A stretch of 64,000 bases of DNA from Cystobasidiomycetes sp. EMM_F5 (taxonomy: Eukaryota): assembly GCA_051047955.1 (NCBI GenBank), contig JBPGPT010000042.1, positions 1 through 64,000 of the forward strand, written 5' to 3'. Of this stretch, positions 1 to 12,967 are shown piece after piece. How positions within the stretch are numbered: position 1 is the stretch's first letter; each line of letters starts with the position of its first letter. The translations under genes and the position numbers were made by a program. The notes beneath the pieces are model-generated. The model searched no databases. It saw nothing but the letters and a program-made list of their open reading frames with translations, and was not told the DNA's origin.

Positions 1-219
1 AATCTCCTCCCGCGAATCTACCCTCAATCCGCATCCATTATCGTCCCCTTATCCGTCCAGGAATTGTGCCATCATCCACACCCTTCAAGATAGAACTACA
101 AGGAATATCCGCAAGATATCAAACATATTCTTTGAATTGTATAATCTCCTCCCGCGAATCTACCCTCAATCCGCATCCATTATCGTCCCCTTATCCGCCA
201 GGAATTGTGCCATCATCCA
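1..219. repeat. ~78-bp direct repeat, two copies (1-78 and 143-219), period 142 bp
   Basis: AATCTCCTCCCGCGAATCTACCCTCAATCC...GAATTGTGCCATCATCCA occurs twice with a single 1-nt indel. The first copy may be truncated by the window edge. Confidence 0.9.
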
Positions 220-308
220 TTCACATCTCCATTCACATCTCCATCCACATCTCCATCCACATCCCCATCCACATCTCCATCCACATCCCCATCCACATCT
301 CCATCCTC
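216..308. repeat. Pyrimidine-rich 6/12-bp minisatellite (TCCATC/CACATC units)
   Basis: Tandem TCCATTCACATC / TCCATCCACATC / CCCATCCACATC units. They explain the low-complexity SIHI, HPHL and SPST ORFs. Confidence 0.9.
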
Positions 309-371
309 ATATTCTCCATCTATACCATTACTCTTCCATCCTCCCATCCATTCATCCCGCCAATATTCGCC

Positions 372-2250
372 ATGGGCAGACGCAAGATCCAGATCGCACC
401 CATATCCGACGACAGAAACAGAAATGTGACGTTTGGGAAGCGGAGGACGGGGCTGTTTAAAAAGGCATTCGAACTCGGTGTACTGTGCCAGGTCGATGTT
501 GCAGTCATTGTATGGAGCCACACTGGAAAGCTGCACGCGTGAGTCGGGGCACGGCGTATTGTTCCTCTACTCACGTGGCACTCCCTTCTCCAGCTTCTCC
601 AGCCGAGGCGAACTCGCCCCTCTTACAGACAAGCTCGCACTACAATCTCCCCGACAGATTGACGTCTGCGGTCCGCGGCACTACGGAGGTCAGGACGCAA
701 CCACGGCAAGTGGGGGTCACCCCTCCGCCTCCGTCAACACCCATCCCAACTCCATCAACAAGGCTACAGCCAAGGACTCGCACCAGAGAAAGAGACGCAG
801 GGCTAGTGACGATGACGACAGCGACGAAGACGAAGATGATGACGACGAGCAGGATGGAGATACGACCGATCACGCCAAAACCACAAACCCCCTCTTAGCT
901 GGGGTAGATGCAGCGTTAGACCAGCTCCATGCAGAACAACGTCAATCGCAAAGCACCTCTCCCTTGCCTGGTCACAAGATTCCCCCTCTCGCGCAGACCT
1001 TGCAGAGTCACCACGCACCACCCTACGATTCCAACTCTGCCGTTAGTCAGCATCTGCACTATCTCATGACGGCCGCCCAGTCTGGAGCTCCTTCATCCTC
1101 CGCATCCGCCTCTCCTGCAAGTCGTGGCGCAAATGGCTCACCCGCGCAGCCGGCCTACTCGGCTCCCATGTCTGCCCCTCCGGGTCCTTCTCACAGTCAG
1201 CCGGCGTACTCTCATCCTCACTCGGCCTACCCCGGTCCATCGTCGAGCTTCCCACCTGCTTCGTACGGCTATCCTCCCATGCCTACTTTTCCGATGCAAG
1301 GTTTCGGCGGGCCAGTCAACATGCCATACCTCGCTTTTGCAGCAGCCGCAGCCGCCAATGTATACAGTCACGCAATGAATGGACAGGCCGCGCCCCCGCC
1401 CCCGCCAATGCAGCAATCGCAGCCAACAATGAGCAATCTGATGTCCAGCTATAGCACTTCCTCATCCATGCATGATTTACGAAACGGCGTTCAGCATCCT
1501 CCACATCATTCATTTGCACAACCCCCAGGCTACTCTTCCATGTCTGCTTCCTCCTCACCGAGTATGGAAGCGCGTGATGGCATGTATAGGCCTTCCTCGA
1601 CTCAGCAGCGCTCCCAACCGTACAGCCAGCCGTCCACTCAGGTACCAGAAAGCAGGATGCCGCCAGAGGGGTACGGTGCGAGACGCCAGACTTCGACACA
1701 TTCGATTGCGACTTCGACTACCTCGCACGCATCCACACCCTCACAGCCTTCGACGGCACACGCTGGAGAAGCAAGTTCACAACAAGCATCGCGAAAGCCA
1801 TCTCTCCATGTGTATACTTCAAGCAGATCGCGTTCTGGATCTCAGTATGACGAGGACGGCGATGGACCTCAAACAGCCACCGCTCTCAATAGCATCAAGC
1901 AGGCGAGTATCTCGAACAATAGCGGAATTGACGGGTATGACGGACGGCAGGGTACCAAACCGGACGCCGATTCGCAGCATCAGCCGGCCCTGCAGGTCAA
2001 CGGCATGTCGGACAATGCCTTTGCACACCTGGCCGAGTCCTTTGTGACTTCACCCACGCAGCTGTTTCCCGAGATTTACCGCAACATGACGTCTCGCTTT
2101 GCAGACTTGGCTTCTCCAAACACTGCTCGTCCCGGCGACGACATGCACACTGGGGATGCACGCGTCGAGTCGCCGAGTGCGATGGGCGCCGACGACAATG
2201 ACGATGGGGGAGTTTTCAGGTGGCCGTCGTCCGGGACGAACAGGCCATAG
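372..2250 (+). CDS. MEF2-type (Rlm1-like) MADS-box transcription factor
   Basis: Begins [47 protein letters not shown] (MADS box). A GTGAGT..CAG intron at 539-593 joins it in frame (GKLHA-FSSRG) to the P/S/Q-rich ORF ending at 2250. Confidence 0.9.
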
Positions 2251-2442
2251 TCGGAGGAGCTGCAGAGTCACGAATTGAGAACGTGTCCAATTAGAAAACA
2301 TTGTAATACTAGTCGCGGGTCTCTTGCCACACTGACAATCTGCGACAATATGCCAATGCGCTGAAATAGTCAACGACCTGAGCCCGACACAACATCAACC
2401 TTTTCCGGGCCCTGTGGATGAGCTCGCATACGCGCCCCAGCC

Positions 2443-5400
2443 ATGTCGACCGGGTTCTGCCGGGCTTGCCAGAGCGAGACTACGTTTGAGTATGATCCCT
2501 CGAGCGGTGGGACGTCGTGCGGGCTGTGTGGAGCGGTGAGTGCTGCGGAAGAGTACTTGAAGTGCCAGGACTCAAGTATCGGCCATGCTCCAGGTCGCAG
2601 AAGAATCCGGTATCGTCTCTGAAATCACCTTTGGCGAGACTTCTACCGGCGCAGCTGTCGTTTCCGGAGCCTACGTAGGCCATGATCAGAGTTGGTGGAC
2701 GTTTCTGCGTCTTATTACCTTCCCGCGAGCTGAATTGCGCCATCAGTCAGGGCAAAGACCCACGGTGGAAGACACCCTGTTGGTGCAGCAGGCCTCGAGT
2801 CGCGAGAGCAGACAATCGCTAACGGTGTGTGATGGCGTAGAAGCAGTCCGGATAGCTTCTTTATTAAATTACTGACTGAAATCCTCGCAGGACGACGCAA
2901 GATACAAAGCACAATCAATGCCCTGCGGCTGCCGGACCGCTTCGGCGACCAAGCCCAAAGGTGGTATACCCTCGCTCTCAATGCCAACTTTGTTCGCGGA
3001 AGACGGACAGACTATGTCGTGGCCGCTTGCCTGTACATTGTGTGCCGGCGAGAAACTACGAGTCACATGCTTATCGACTTCAGCGATGTACTTCGAGTGA
3101 GTACTCCATGCAGCCATCTCGTATTCCCAAGCCTGCTCATATCTCCTCTAGGTCAACGTGTTCGTCCTCGGATCGACCTATCTCAAACTTGTCAAGCAGC
3201 TCAACTTGAACATTCCCGCCATTGACCCCTCTCTGCTGATATCCCGCTTCGCCAGCATGCTCGAATTTGGCGAAGAAACACAACAAGTAGCGAATGATGC
3301 TATCAGGCTGGTGCAACGCTTCAGTCGTGACTGGATATTCACCGGACGACGGCCAGCAGGAATCTGCGGCGCAGCGCTCATCCTCGCTGCCAGAATGAAC
3401 AATTTCCGCAGGTCCATCGAAGAGGTAGTTCAGGTTGTCAAGATTGCAGACGTGACAATTAAAAAGAGGCTTGAGGAGTTTGGCGAAACACCTACATCTC
3501 AATTGACGATTACCGATTTCCGGGCAGTCGATTTGAACGAAGAAAACGATCCACCTGCTTTTATCGAGGGAGTCCGGAAGGAGCGCTTGAAGCGGGAGGC
3601 GACAGAGTTTTCAAGCAGGAAGAAGCGTAAAATTCGCTTCGCTAGCGATTCAGAAAGTAGTCAGGAAGAGGAAGGAAGCGGAGCAGACGAGCAAAGCCGC
3701 GTGAGCGACGAAAGTACGCCTACAAGGCGTAGAAAGGCTGGGAAATCCTCAAGATCAGCTCGCCGCGGTCTGACCGATATTGCCGAAGAAATGGAAGGGC
3801 TGGATCAAGGCGACATACCAACGGGACCCGAAGGCTTGGCAGATACAGATGATCGCTTTCCGGTAGCCGAGGCCGGTACAGTGCAGCCCAATGCGGATGG
3901 CGACGTAGATTTCAGTCCAGACGAGCAGGACGAGGAGGATCTACTGGACAGCCTAGCCACCAACGAAGGCGCATTGCCTGCCGTTCCACGCAAGCGAGGT
4001 CGACCGCGAAAGGGCGCATCACCTGTTCCCGATAACAGACCAAAGGTGGATGAGAGAACTGGACAAAAGCTGCCACCTCCAGATACGCGTACAGCTGCAG
4101 AGGTTGCGGCTGATGAGATTGAGTCTGCACAGCTTGCCAACGAGATTGGCGAGCAATTGTCGAGCAACAAGCATTTCTCAGTTCTCGAACACGAGCTGAC
4201 AGAACACCAGCAAGCTCGAATAAAGGCGGCGCAAGAAGGTCGTATCCCTCCGAGGCCGGTCATGGTGCAGGATGATCCTGCTCAGCTGGGCAGCACCGCC
4301 GGCGAGCTCGACGCAAGCTTGCTAGATCCTACACTGGCCAGTATAGACGAAGTCGCTTCAGCGTATGACTTGGCATACTCGACGTATGCGGCACCTCCGG
4401 AGAGGCACAACAATCCAGACTCTCAGACGAGCGACAAGCCGCCTGCAGTTGCTGATGCTGATAGCAATGCCTCTGAATGGGCGAATGCAGCTCGAGGCAA
4501 TCAGATTGCTTCTACCTCTGCCGAGCCCAAGTATGCTCCGGATCTGCTTGATGATTTAGATGAGGATGAGCTAGATGAGTTCATCTTGACAGAGGAAGAG
4601 GTTAGGATCAAAGAAAGGCTCTGGATGGAGTTTAACAAGGACTATTTGGCGAATGTGGCTGAAAAGCATATGCGCGCTGAACTGGATGAGAAGCCATTTA
4701 AGAAGCGGGAGCGCAAGGTAAGAAGGAGGCGTAAACATCGCGACTTGCCATATCTAACGTATGGTTCAGAAACCGCAAAAACCTCGTGACTCTACTACAG
4801 CTCGAGGCGGCACGGCTGCTGAAGCGACAAAGGAGCTACTTAAGCAAAAGAAGTTTTCGAAAAAGATTAATTATGCTGCTATTGAGGGCCTGTTGGGCTC
4901 GGGCAACGACGGTGATGCGAACGGCAGCACACTGTTTGAAGAGACGGAAGGAGACGACGGGAGGAATGTGTGGGAGACGCAGTCTTCGCGGTCGTCAAGA
5001 GCGTCTTCAGTTGTGAGTAGTCTGGGTAGGAGTCGGAAGCCCCGCAAACGGTCGCGATCGACTGCCGAGTCGGAAGCTACTGACCAGGCTGAGCGACTGC
5101 GGAGCAAGATACAAGGTCAGGCCGGTGCTGGTGACCGTCGTGGGGCTGGCAAGAAGGGATCAGCGAGTACGATACGGCCAAACAGCCCGATGAAGAAGGC
5201 TGCTCGGCTCCCGGTCGGGCCAACTCGAGGCGAAGCAGCTTCGGAGGTGGGCGCGGTGGACGAGAACGTGGAGACTGTCGAAGAGACTGTCCAAGAGGAG
5301 GTGCTCGACGACGAGGAGGATGAAGCGGGGGCCGTTTTGCCCGACGAGGAGGAAGGGGATCTTGCCGAGTTTCGGCGGCTCCAGCGGGGCGTCGGAGGGA

Positions 5401-5444
5401 GTGACAACGAAGACGAGCACGGCGGTGGAGACGACGAGTATTGA
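2443..5444 (+). CDS. BRF1: RNA polymerase III transcription factor IIIB subunit Brf1
   Basis: N-terminal Zn ribbon (CRAC...CGLCG), then ESGIVSEITFGE and the cyclin folds (RWYTLALNANF, HMLIDFSDVL, DWIFTGRRPAGICGAAL). The C-terminal Brf1 block reads EEEVRIKERLWMEFNKDYL...KKFSKKINY. Multi-exon. Confidence 0.95.
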
Positions 5445-5598
5445 GTTTACGGTGTCCGGTGTGTGCGTTGTCGAGGGCGAGCCTCCGTGTATGTGCTCGG
5501 CATCTCCGGGAACTTCCGGCTCCGCACTCAGATCAAGGCTGGATAATTTTCGAGGAATGGGGAAGCTTTTCGGACGAGCAAGACTGGGCGAGCGAGCT

Positions 5599-7949
5599 AT
5601 GCTTCTGCCAACTGGAGCACGGACAGCGAGATATATCACATCAAGAACAGCCAGCCGCAGCATCTGCACCGCAGCATCGCGCTCGCCGTCGTCGAATTTC
5701 AACCGGAGCTCTAGCATATCTTCAGCGGGATACCCAGCAAGAACCGCGATACTGACCACCATTTCATCCACACCGTCGTCCAGACTAGGTCAGGTAGCCA
5801 GAGCAATGTCGTCGACCTCGGGTGCGCCCAGCTTGCAGCGAAAAGCAACCCCGAACGCCCCGGCTAATTCCAAGTCCCGAGCAGGCATATCCAAGATAAA
5901 GGTCGATGGACCAGTCGTAGAGATGGACGGTGGGTGCTGCAACGGCGTGCGAAGCATGTCCCGGATAGCTTACGCGTTGGTCTCTGTGTCCAGGCGACGA
6001 GATGACCCGGATCAGTAGGTGGTCTCGGTTGATTAGCCCGAAGCGTTGGTTGCTGATTCGCGACCTCTGCAGTCTGGCAGGTCATCAAGGATGAGGTTGG
6101 TCGTAGTGTGGGCAAATTGCCCCGTCTGTTTGCTTACGCTCTCGCTTTCGCAGCTCATCCTTCCATACCTCGACCTCGACATCAAGTACTTTGATCTCGG
6201 CCTCGAATACCGGTAATTACGCTTGGCATCAGCGATGTATTCCATACAGTTACTCACTCACAACGATGACCCACAGTGACCAGACCGACGACAAGGTCAC
6301 CTTTGACGCTGCCGAGGCAATCCTCAAATACGGTGTCGGTATCAAGTGTGCGACCATCACTCCAGACGAGGCCCGTGTAGAGGAATTCAAGCTCAAAAAG
6401 ATGGTGGGCGAATGTCTTTGGACCTCCTCCTTCAGCGCGCTGACGCGATGCGATTCGTAGTGGAAATCACCAAACGGAACTATCCGTAACATCCTTGGAG
6501 GAACTGTCTTCAGGGAGCCAATCATGGTCAAGTCCGTCCCTCGCTCGGTTCCAGGCTGGACAAAGCCAATCATTGTCGGACGTCACGCCTTTGGCGACCA
6601 GGTGGGATCAACTCAGATCAATAGCAGCAAGCTATACATTGCTTATACATCTTCGTCTGTCAGTACCGCGCTACAGATCTTGTTACAAAGAAACCCGGAA
6701 AGCTCGAACTCGTCTTTACACCCACCGATGGCTCCGGCGAGCAGAGGTTAGAAGTCTTCGATTTCAAGGGCCCTGGTGTGGCATTGTCAATGTACAACAC
6801 CCTGCAATCCATCCAGGACTTTGCACATGCTTCCTTCCAGATGGCTTTGTCCAAGAAGCTGCCCCTGTAAGTCCAGCTCACCGTGTGGCAAAATATGGAA
6901 ACTGACTCCCCTTCGTCCTTGCTAGGTATATGAGCACAAAGAACACGTAGGTCCCTCGAACAATCGAATAACTTGCAATCAAAATTGAATGTTTCTCTGT
7001 ATCAGCATCTTGAAAGGTTATGATGGTCAATGGAAGGATACTTTTGCAGAGATCTTCGAATCCACCTACAAGAAGGATTTTGACGCCCTCGGCATCTGGT
7101 ACGAGCACAGATTGATTGGTGAGTCGAGTCTCACTTGCGCAAATTGCTCATTAGACTAAATTTGCATGTAAAGATGACATGGTCGCCCAAATGATCAAGT
7201 CCAACGGAGGCTTTGTCATGGCGTTAAAGGTGAGCAATGAGTGTATCTAGCTGCACACAATGCCGCTAATATCTTCGTTCTTAAGAACTACGATGGAGAC
7301 GTACAAAGTGATATTGTTGCCCAAGGCTATGGCTCTCTGGGTTTGATGTCTAGTGAACTGCTAACACCGGACGGCAAGATCTGCGAGTCTGAGGCCGCTC
7401 ACGGAACGGTAAGCTATCTCGCACGCGGCGTGTGTAGTCGTGATTATCTCGCTTACGCTTGCTATGCCAACAGGTCACCCGCCACTACAGAGAGCACCAA
7501 AAGGTATAGCAATTCTTTACAACAATCCTTTACAGGAGAGCATACTAACCCTTGCATTAGGGACGCGAGACATCCACGAACAGTGTTGCTTCCATTTTTG
7601 CATGGACGCGTGGTCTCATCTTCAGAGCGAAGCTTGACGGAAACGAGAAGCTCCGCAAATTCGCCGAGGATCTCGAGGCCTGCTGCATTGAGCTCATCGA
7701 TGACGATGGCATTATGACAAAGGTACGAAGCTTCGATTTTACTCGGTCTTCTGCTGACGCTAGGTACCTCGCAGGATCTTGCTCTAACCATTCACGGCAA
7801 GAACATGAAGCGCGAACACTACGTCTTGGTAAATTCAAATGACAACGTTAATGGTTACGTCAACTGACTTCGGTACATTTTCACAGACGAAGGAATGGAT
7901 TGTAGCATGCGGCGAGAAGCTCAAGAAGAAGGTCGCCGCCTACGCATAG
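5599..7949 (+). CDS. IDP1: NADP-dependent isocitrate dehydrogenase with N-terminal mitochondrial presequence
   Basis: Spliced motifs [78 protein letters not shown] and [12 protein letters not shown], over many short exons. Ends KKKVAAYA*. The start codon is uncertain: in-frame ATGs lie at 5557, 5599 and 5806. Confidence 0.95.
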
Positions 7950-8117
7950 ACGACACCTACCTCTCAGCTCGACTTTGTGAGGGTATCCTAGTCTGCAATG
8001 CTGTCAAAGTATCGGCAAGTGTAGCGTTGTAGTTTGCACGCATAGCTCGTCAGGTTTGGTTTGTGTATAGATTATTCCTGCAAACAATCCGAATATTCTA
8101 CAAAGTGCGCATTTTAC

Positions 8118-9787
8118 TCATTCGACAACGAGGTCAGGACACAAGTTGCCAACGATCAGATCCGTGACAAACACGAAGAGATGCATATTACAAACTTGAT
8201 CTTCGAACGGGTCTAGTAAGCTTTTAGCAATCGCTGCAGCCTGTGATTTGGGGTCGCTACCAGGATAGGCATGAGCAGTAAGCCAGTCTGGGCATGATGA
8301 GTCAGCCTTGAGAGGTCTACATGCGCACAGACCTGCTCACCGGGTATCCTGCTTTCGAGCGCAGCATATGCCTTGGCTTTGATTGCCTCCTGCTCAATCA
8401 GCGAAGGATCTGGTGGAGAAGGCGCCGGGAACCCTCCAGGCAACGGGAACAATGCACGTTCCGCTTGGTCGAGGATGAGAGAGACGGTCGAGGCGGTAAA
8501 GATTCGGGTGTAAAGGAAATGAACAATGATCTTGTCGAGAAGGGGTCCAGCTATCGCACATGCTGAGCGAGCTATCCAAAATGCGTGCGCGACCACAGCG
8601 CTCCCTGCATTATGGCACTGCAAGACATCTTCCGCAAGACCGATTGGCGCAGCGCACAGGCCCTTCGTAGGCCTTGGCCTTGGCCTCTGCCTTTGTCTCT
8701 GTTCTCGTGCAAAATTCGAGCGATAGAAGGGTGTGAGCATGGCCAATGTGGTCAGCCACGACAGATATGCGAATGCAGTCGTCATTCGGTAGAACAGGAA
8801 GGATACGCTGGCACAAGCTTCCAACATGCGAGTGAGAAGCGGACTCGGTGCCTTGAGGAGTTTGGCATCATCGTCGGTAGTCGACTTGCTGTGGAGCCTC
8901 GGGCGATCCTCTAATACTTTGGCAATCAGGCCGTAGATGAACCAGGGTTGACTGCATTTGTTGAAGATACCAGCGAGAACGATACCGACGATGACCTCTG
9001 TGACGACAGCTCGCTCGGTCTCTGCCTGGTAATCCTCGACTGGGAGGAATGCTGCAAGGAGGGCGTCCACCAGACCCCGCACGTAGTCTGCGTCTATGCA
9101 GGCGGGAAGTTTCTCCGCAGAAGAAGACAGAGTATGATTGCCAGCGCCAAGCGATATAGCAGCGTGCGGCTGCAGCGAGTGGAACATTGCCTGCAGGTCT
9201 GACGGTACTAGTCCCTTGCGAGATTGTAGACAGCCAGCGGAGTATGCCGAATGCATACTGTCCTTTGCCTGGCGGTAGTCGTGAACATGGCGCATCAGGA
9301 GACTCGGGAGGGCGCGGCAGAGTAGGTCAGTCTTGTCGAGCTTGCCGTCGTCGAGTATCCGCGTCTCCACCTCGCGAAAGACGTGGCTCGCGATTCTGAC
9401 AATCTCGAGGTAAAAGGTCCGTTCGCGGGATATCTTTGCAAACCACGGCGAGACGTACGCTCGACAGACGAGAGCCAGCAGGCGATACAGCTGGTCGTCA
9501 ATGTCAGTAGTCGCGGGAGTGGTCAGGATACGTGGGACGGGACCATTATGGCCAGACTGCGGAAAGAACATGCGACGATGGAGCGACTGGGCTTCTTTTC
9601 CGGACACCAACTGCGAAGCATTGCTCGTTGTCGCGGGCGCTCCGCCTTGACGTTTGTCGAGAAGTCGGATTCCGCCAGTCTTTGGCAGGATATTGGATGC
9701 GACACCACGTCCAGGCCTGGCGAGCGGCCCACGGCGGTGATGTTGCGGCTGCGACGACATGGACGAGCCAGCTGCGTGTCTGGCCAT
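8118..9787 (-). CDS. PXA-domain protein with sorting-nexin C-terminal-like tail
   Basis: PXA-like DDQLYRLLALVCRAYVSPWFAKISRERTF and ETERAVVTEVIVGIVL. After a 3' intron the last exon reads ...LLDPFEDQVCNMHLFVFVTDLIVGNLCPDLVVE*. Confidence 0.7.
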
Positions 9788-10001
9788 GGCTGGATTACAT
9801 GGGTCCCCGCAAAACGAGCGGTGGTCAACGACGACAGCAAACGGCCATTGCCAGGCTACCATGGGCTGCACTGCAAAATACTAGGGCTACACGGGGTCAT
9901 CACTATACTTGATTGGTCCTGATCTTCTTGGTCTGCTCAAAATTTGTCCACTCGAATTGCTGCCAGTCGCCGGCTCGAAGTACGAAAACTGATGGATTCG
10001 T

Positions 10002-11576
10002 CTACTTTGACGGGAACCACTTCTTTTGAATCTTGGGCCACACATACCGCAAACCCCGGATGGGACCTACGCTGATGATGCCCTTTGCAGACTGCATGTA
10101 CGCTGCCTGTCCGACAATATCTTGGATGCCTGCGCATTGCACAGATGCACATCAGCGTCTTGCGGGCAGAAGAACGCGCCGCTATATACACACTTGCGTC
10201 CAAGTTCTTTTTAAAATCGCCTTGGCTGACGAGCTTGGTCCAGATGGCTTGCTCTTCCATTCTCGACATTTCTGGCTCACTTAGGCCATTTCGACCAAAC
10301 GCTGTAGACGTGTTTACACTTCGGTCATAGTGTGTCTTGACGGCGTCGCGCAGACGAGCTGGAAGCCGCTTGGCAAGGTTTGCTTTCGCTTTGGGGTCGA
10401 TATCCTGACGGATACTACCAGATCCTTCCGGCCCCATAAACGAGATGTGCTTGTGGAAGGAATTGAGGATTGGCTTGTACACCTCTTGAAATTGTTCGCC
10501 TTGGGCTTCTACAATGTTTCTCACTTTGCGAGGGTTCTCGCCAACTGCCATGCGGAAGTCACCGCGATACGACAGCCCGGCAATCTCTGCGTACAAGTCC
10601 TCTTCGGCAAACGTCTCGGGAAGCAGTAGCAGAGCTGCGCGAACAGCTGACGACAGGTTTACTTGGTTTGCCAGGCGGACGCGTGGATCACTTCGTAAGA
10701 TGTGAAGCGGTTTGTGCATTCTCCCGGCAAAGTAGAGGGTTTCCCAGTCCATCAGGTCTCTCACGAGCGTATCGACGGACACTACGCCATATTTGATTGT
10801 TCTCCCACGTACTTGACAGTCGACGTTGAACCACGCACCGGCGCCTACTCTCTCCTGGGTGAAACCGATGATTCCCGAGCCCAGAGTACGGGCCAAGAGA
10901 GAGTAGTGTGCCGGATTTTGGTTGACGTTGATGCTGTGCCAGTGTGACGGATGTGACACTGCGACGATAAAGTCGAGCATGGGTTTTGCCTGTGTGTAGT
11001 CTATCAAATCTGCGTCGGTCAGCTTGAGGGCACGGCGCTGACCTCGCTGGAGTAGCCCTTTTGCCTGAATACGCCGCTCCCGTAGGCGAAAGCGTGCCGT
11101 ATAGGCGCACGAAAGTCATTCACGATTCCGCTCAGCTCGTTGTGGAGCTCGGACGACTGAATCTCGGTATGCTGGTTCAGTCCAAACTTTGCGGGGAGCT
11201 TGCTGTCTGCGGTGCTTCTCTGACCGGACAGAGTGTGCGTAGACTGTTCTTCTCCATCATGTGACCTTTCTATGTCGGCCTCCCCCTTGGACGTCGACGA
11301 AGTGCTGTATCTTGGCCATGACGATGGTTTATTCGACTTAACGCCCGAGCTCCAAGGGTCAGCGGAGAGCGGGAGGGGTCTCTTGGGAGTCACAGAGGAC
11401 GGCGAGGACGGCGGTGGAGGGGGAGGGCCAGCGAAGGAATCGAGTATAAACTGCTCAGACTCGGTGGCATAGCTTCGAAATAACGGCGGCTGGAAACGGC
11501 GACGGCGACAACGACACCGCGATACGGCTGGAGCGACGACGGCGTACGCTCGCGAGGTCGCCGACATGGGTTGCAT
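10002..11576 (-). CDS. TAM41: Mitochondrial phosphatidate cytidylyltransferase Tam41 (Mmp37)
   Basis: Motifs HAFAYGSGVFRQ, MLDFIVAV, WHSINVNQNPAHYS, IKYGVVS, DLMDWETLYFAGRMHKP and SYRGDFRM..GENPRKVRNIV. Arg-rich presequence. Last exon ends QSAKGIISVG...KKWFPSK*. Confidence 0.95.
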
Positions 11577-11759
11577 TATTATAAAGGGCGAGTTGGTTGA
11601 GAGTCAAAAGATCAACGTCCAAGATGTACGATATATATGGCAAAGATCAGTCATGAAACAGTATAACGCGCCTTACTCCGTCGGGATACTACACTGCGCT
11701 AGGCGGATACACTGACGACTCGAAAAGCTGCCGACTTGACGACAGTCTTGATATTCTCG

Positions 11760-12967
11760 CTACGTCGGATATGGTGACTGCCTCGCTCTCCTCCCTCTCG
11801 GAATGCTCCATCGTCCGACAGCATAACTCGCCCGGATGACTAGCAGATCAAGAGCCATCCGGACAGAGTCTCGCACCAGACTCATCTTGCTGCCTTGGAT
11901 CTCCCGCCAGGTGATTGGCACCTCGCAAACCTCGACACTCTGCAACGACGCAAGGATGAGAATCTCAATGTCAAATATCCACCCTTCGACGTGCAGGCTC
12001 GGAAAGATGGCTTGGGCAGCTGCCCGTGTAAAGAGCTTGAAGCCGCATTGCGTGTCCTTGATTGACGCGACGCCGAGTATGGCGAGGTACGTATGAAACG
12101 CCCGCATGAGCAAGTTGCGCAGCTTGGACCGTTTCACGACCGCTGGAGATGTCATCATGTGAGCGCGCGAGCCGACAATGAGCACCGCCGGCTCTTGCTC
12201 TCGCTCTGTGGCCGTCGCGTCCTTGGCCGACGATTCAGGACCGTTTGCGTGCCCATTTGCTGTCGCATGTGTTGGAGAGTTTCTTTGTCCCCTTGTCGCG
12301 CCTTGTTGGCTATCTGCCAGGCTTGAAATGACGATATCCAGTTCTCTTTCCAGCTTTGTCAGATCGCTAAACTTGGAGGCTCCATCGGCATCGCAGAATA
12401 GAAGCCGTTTCCCTCTTGCATGTAGCATTCCATGTCTCACAGCACCACCCTTGCCTCGATTCTTTGTAAGCTTGACGATTCGGACGCAGCTAGGCTCAAA
12501 GTCGGCAGAACCGGCTCTGGATTTAGCGAATGCCAGCGCGACTTTGCTCGTTGCGTCTGAAGACCCGTCGTCGACTAGGAGGATCTCCCACGTCCCTCGC
12601 TTGCACGATGCTAAGAGGTGGTCCAGCGCTTCCTGGAGCATGGCCGACAGTCGCTCTTGCTCGTTGTAGGCTGGAACGATGACGGACAATGCGATGCGCG
12701 TGTCTGCATCGTTATTGTCGTGGTCGTCGAGAAGAGATGGCAGAGGTTGGGGCTTGTCTGGATTACTCGCAGACAGATAGGTTCTTTCGCTGGCCGTGGA
12801 CGGTCTTGGATTGCTGAAAGCTGCGGGACTGAAGAGAACGAGGAGAGCTGCGAGAGCGCATATCGCGAGCTGAGTAGGATTGAAAATATATCAGCCCAGC
12901 TTTGACGCCGTTTCGTCTTGCTCTTGCTCACCACCGTCGCCGCACCCAGCCAGCCCAAAACGGACAT
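11760..12967 (-). CDS. ALG5: Dolichyl-phosphate beta-glucosyltransferase (GT2)
   Basis: SVIVPAYNEQERL, EILLVDDGSSD, NRGKGGAVRHGM, LFCDADGASKF, DTQCGFKLF and WIFDIEIL. Hydrophobic N-terminus across a short first intron. Confidence 0.95.

Noticed and set aside
1..310. Possible CRISPR array or telomeric repeat
   Set aside because: Only two long copies, no spacer series, no cas genes, a eukaryotic context, and no TTAGGG-type tract.
66..574. Low-complexity ORFs (SIHI, HPHL, SPST, DGDV repeats)
   Set aside because: They are translations of the minisatellite. The MADS domain starts at ATG 372.
7890..8035. Cryptic peroxisomal PTS1 on IDH by readthrough or alternative splicing
   Set aside because: The stop is TAG ACG rather than TGA CTA, and the readthrough frame ends VRVS. 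An SARL in another frame is not followed by a stop.
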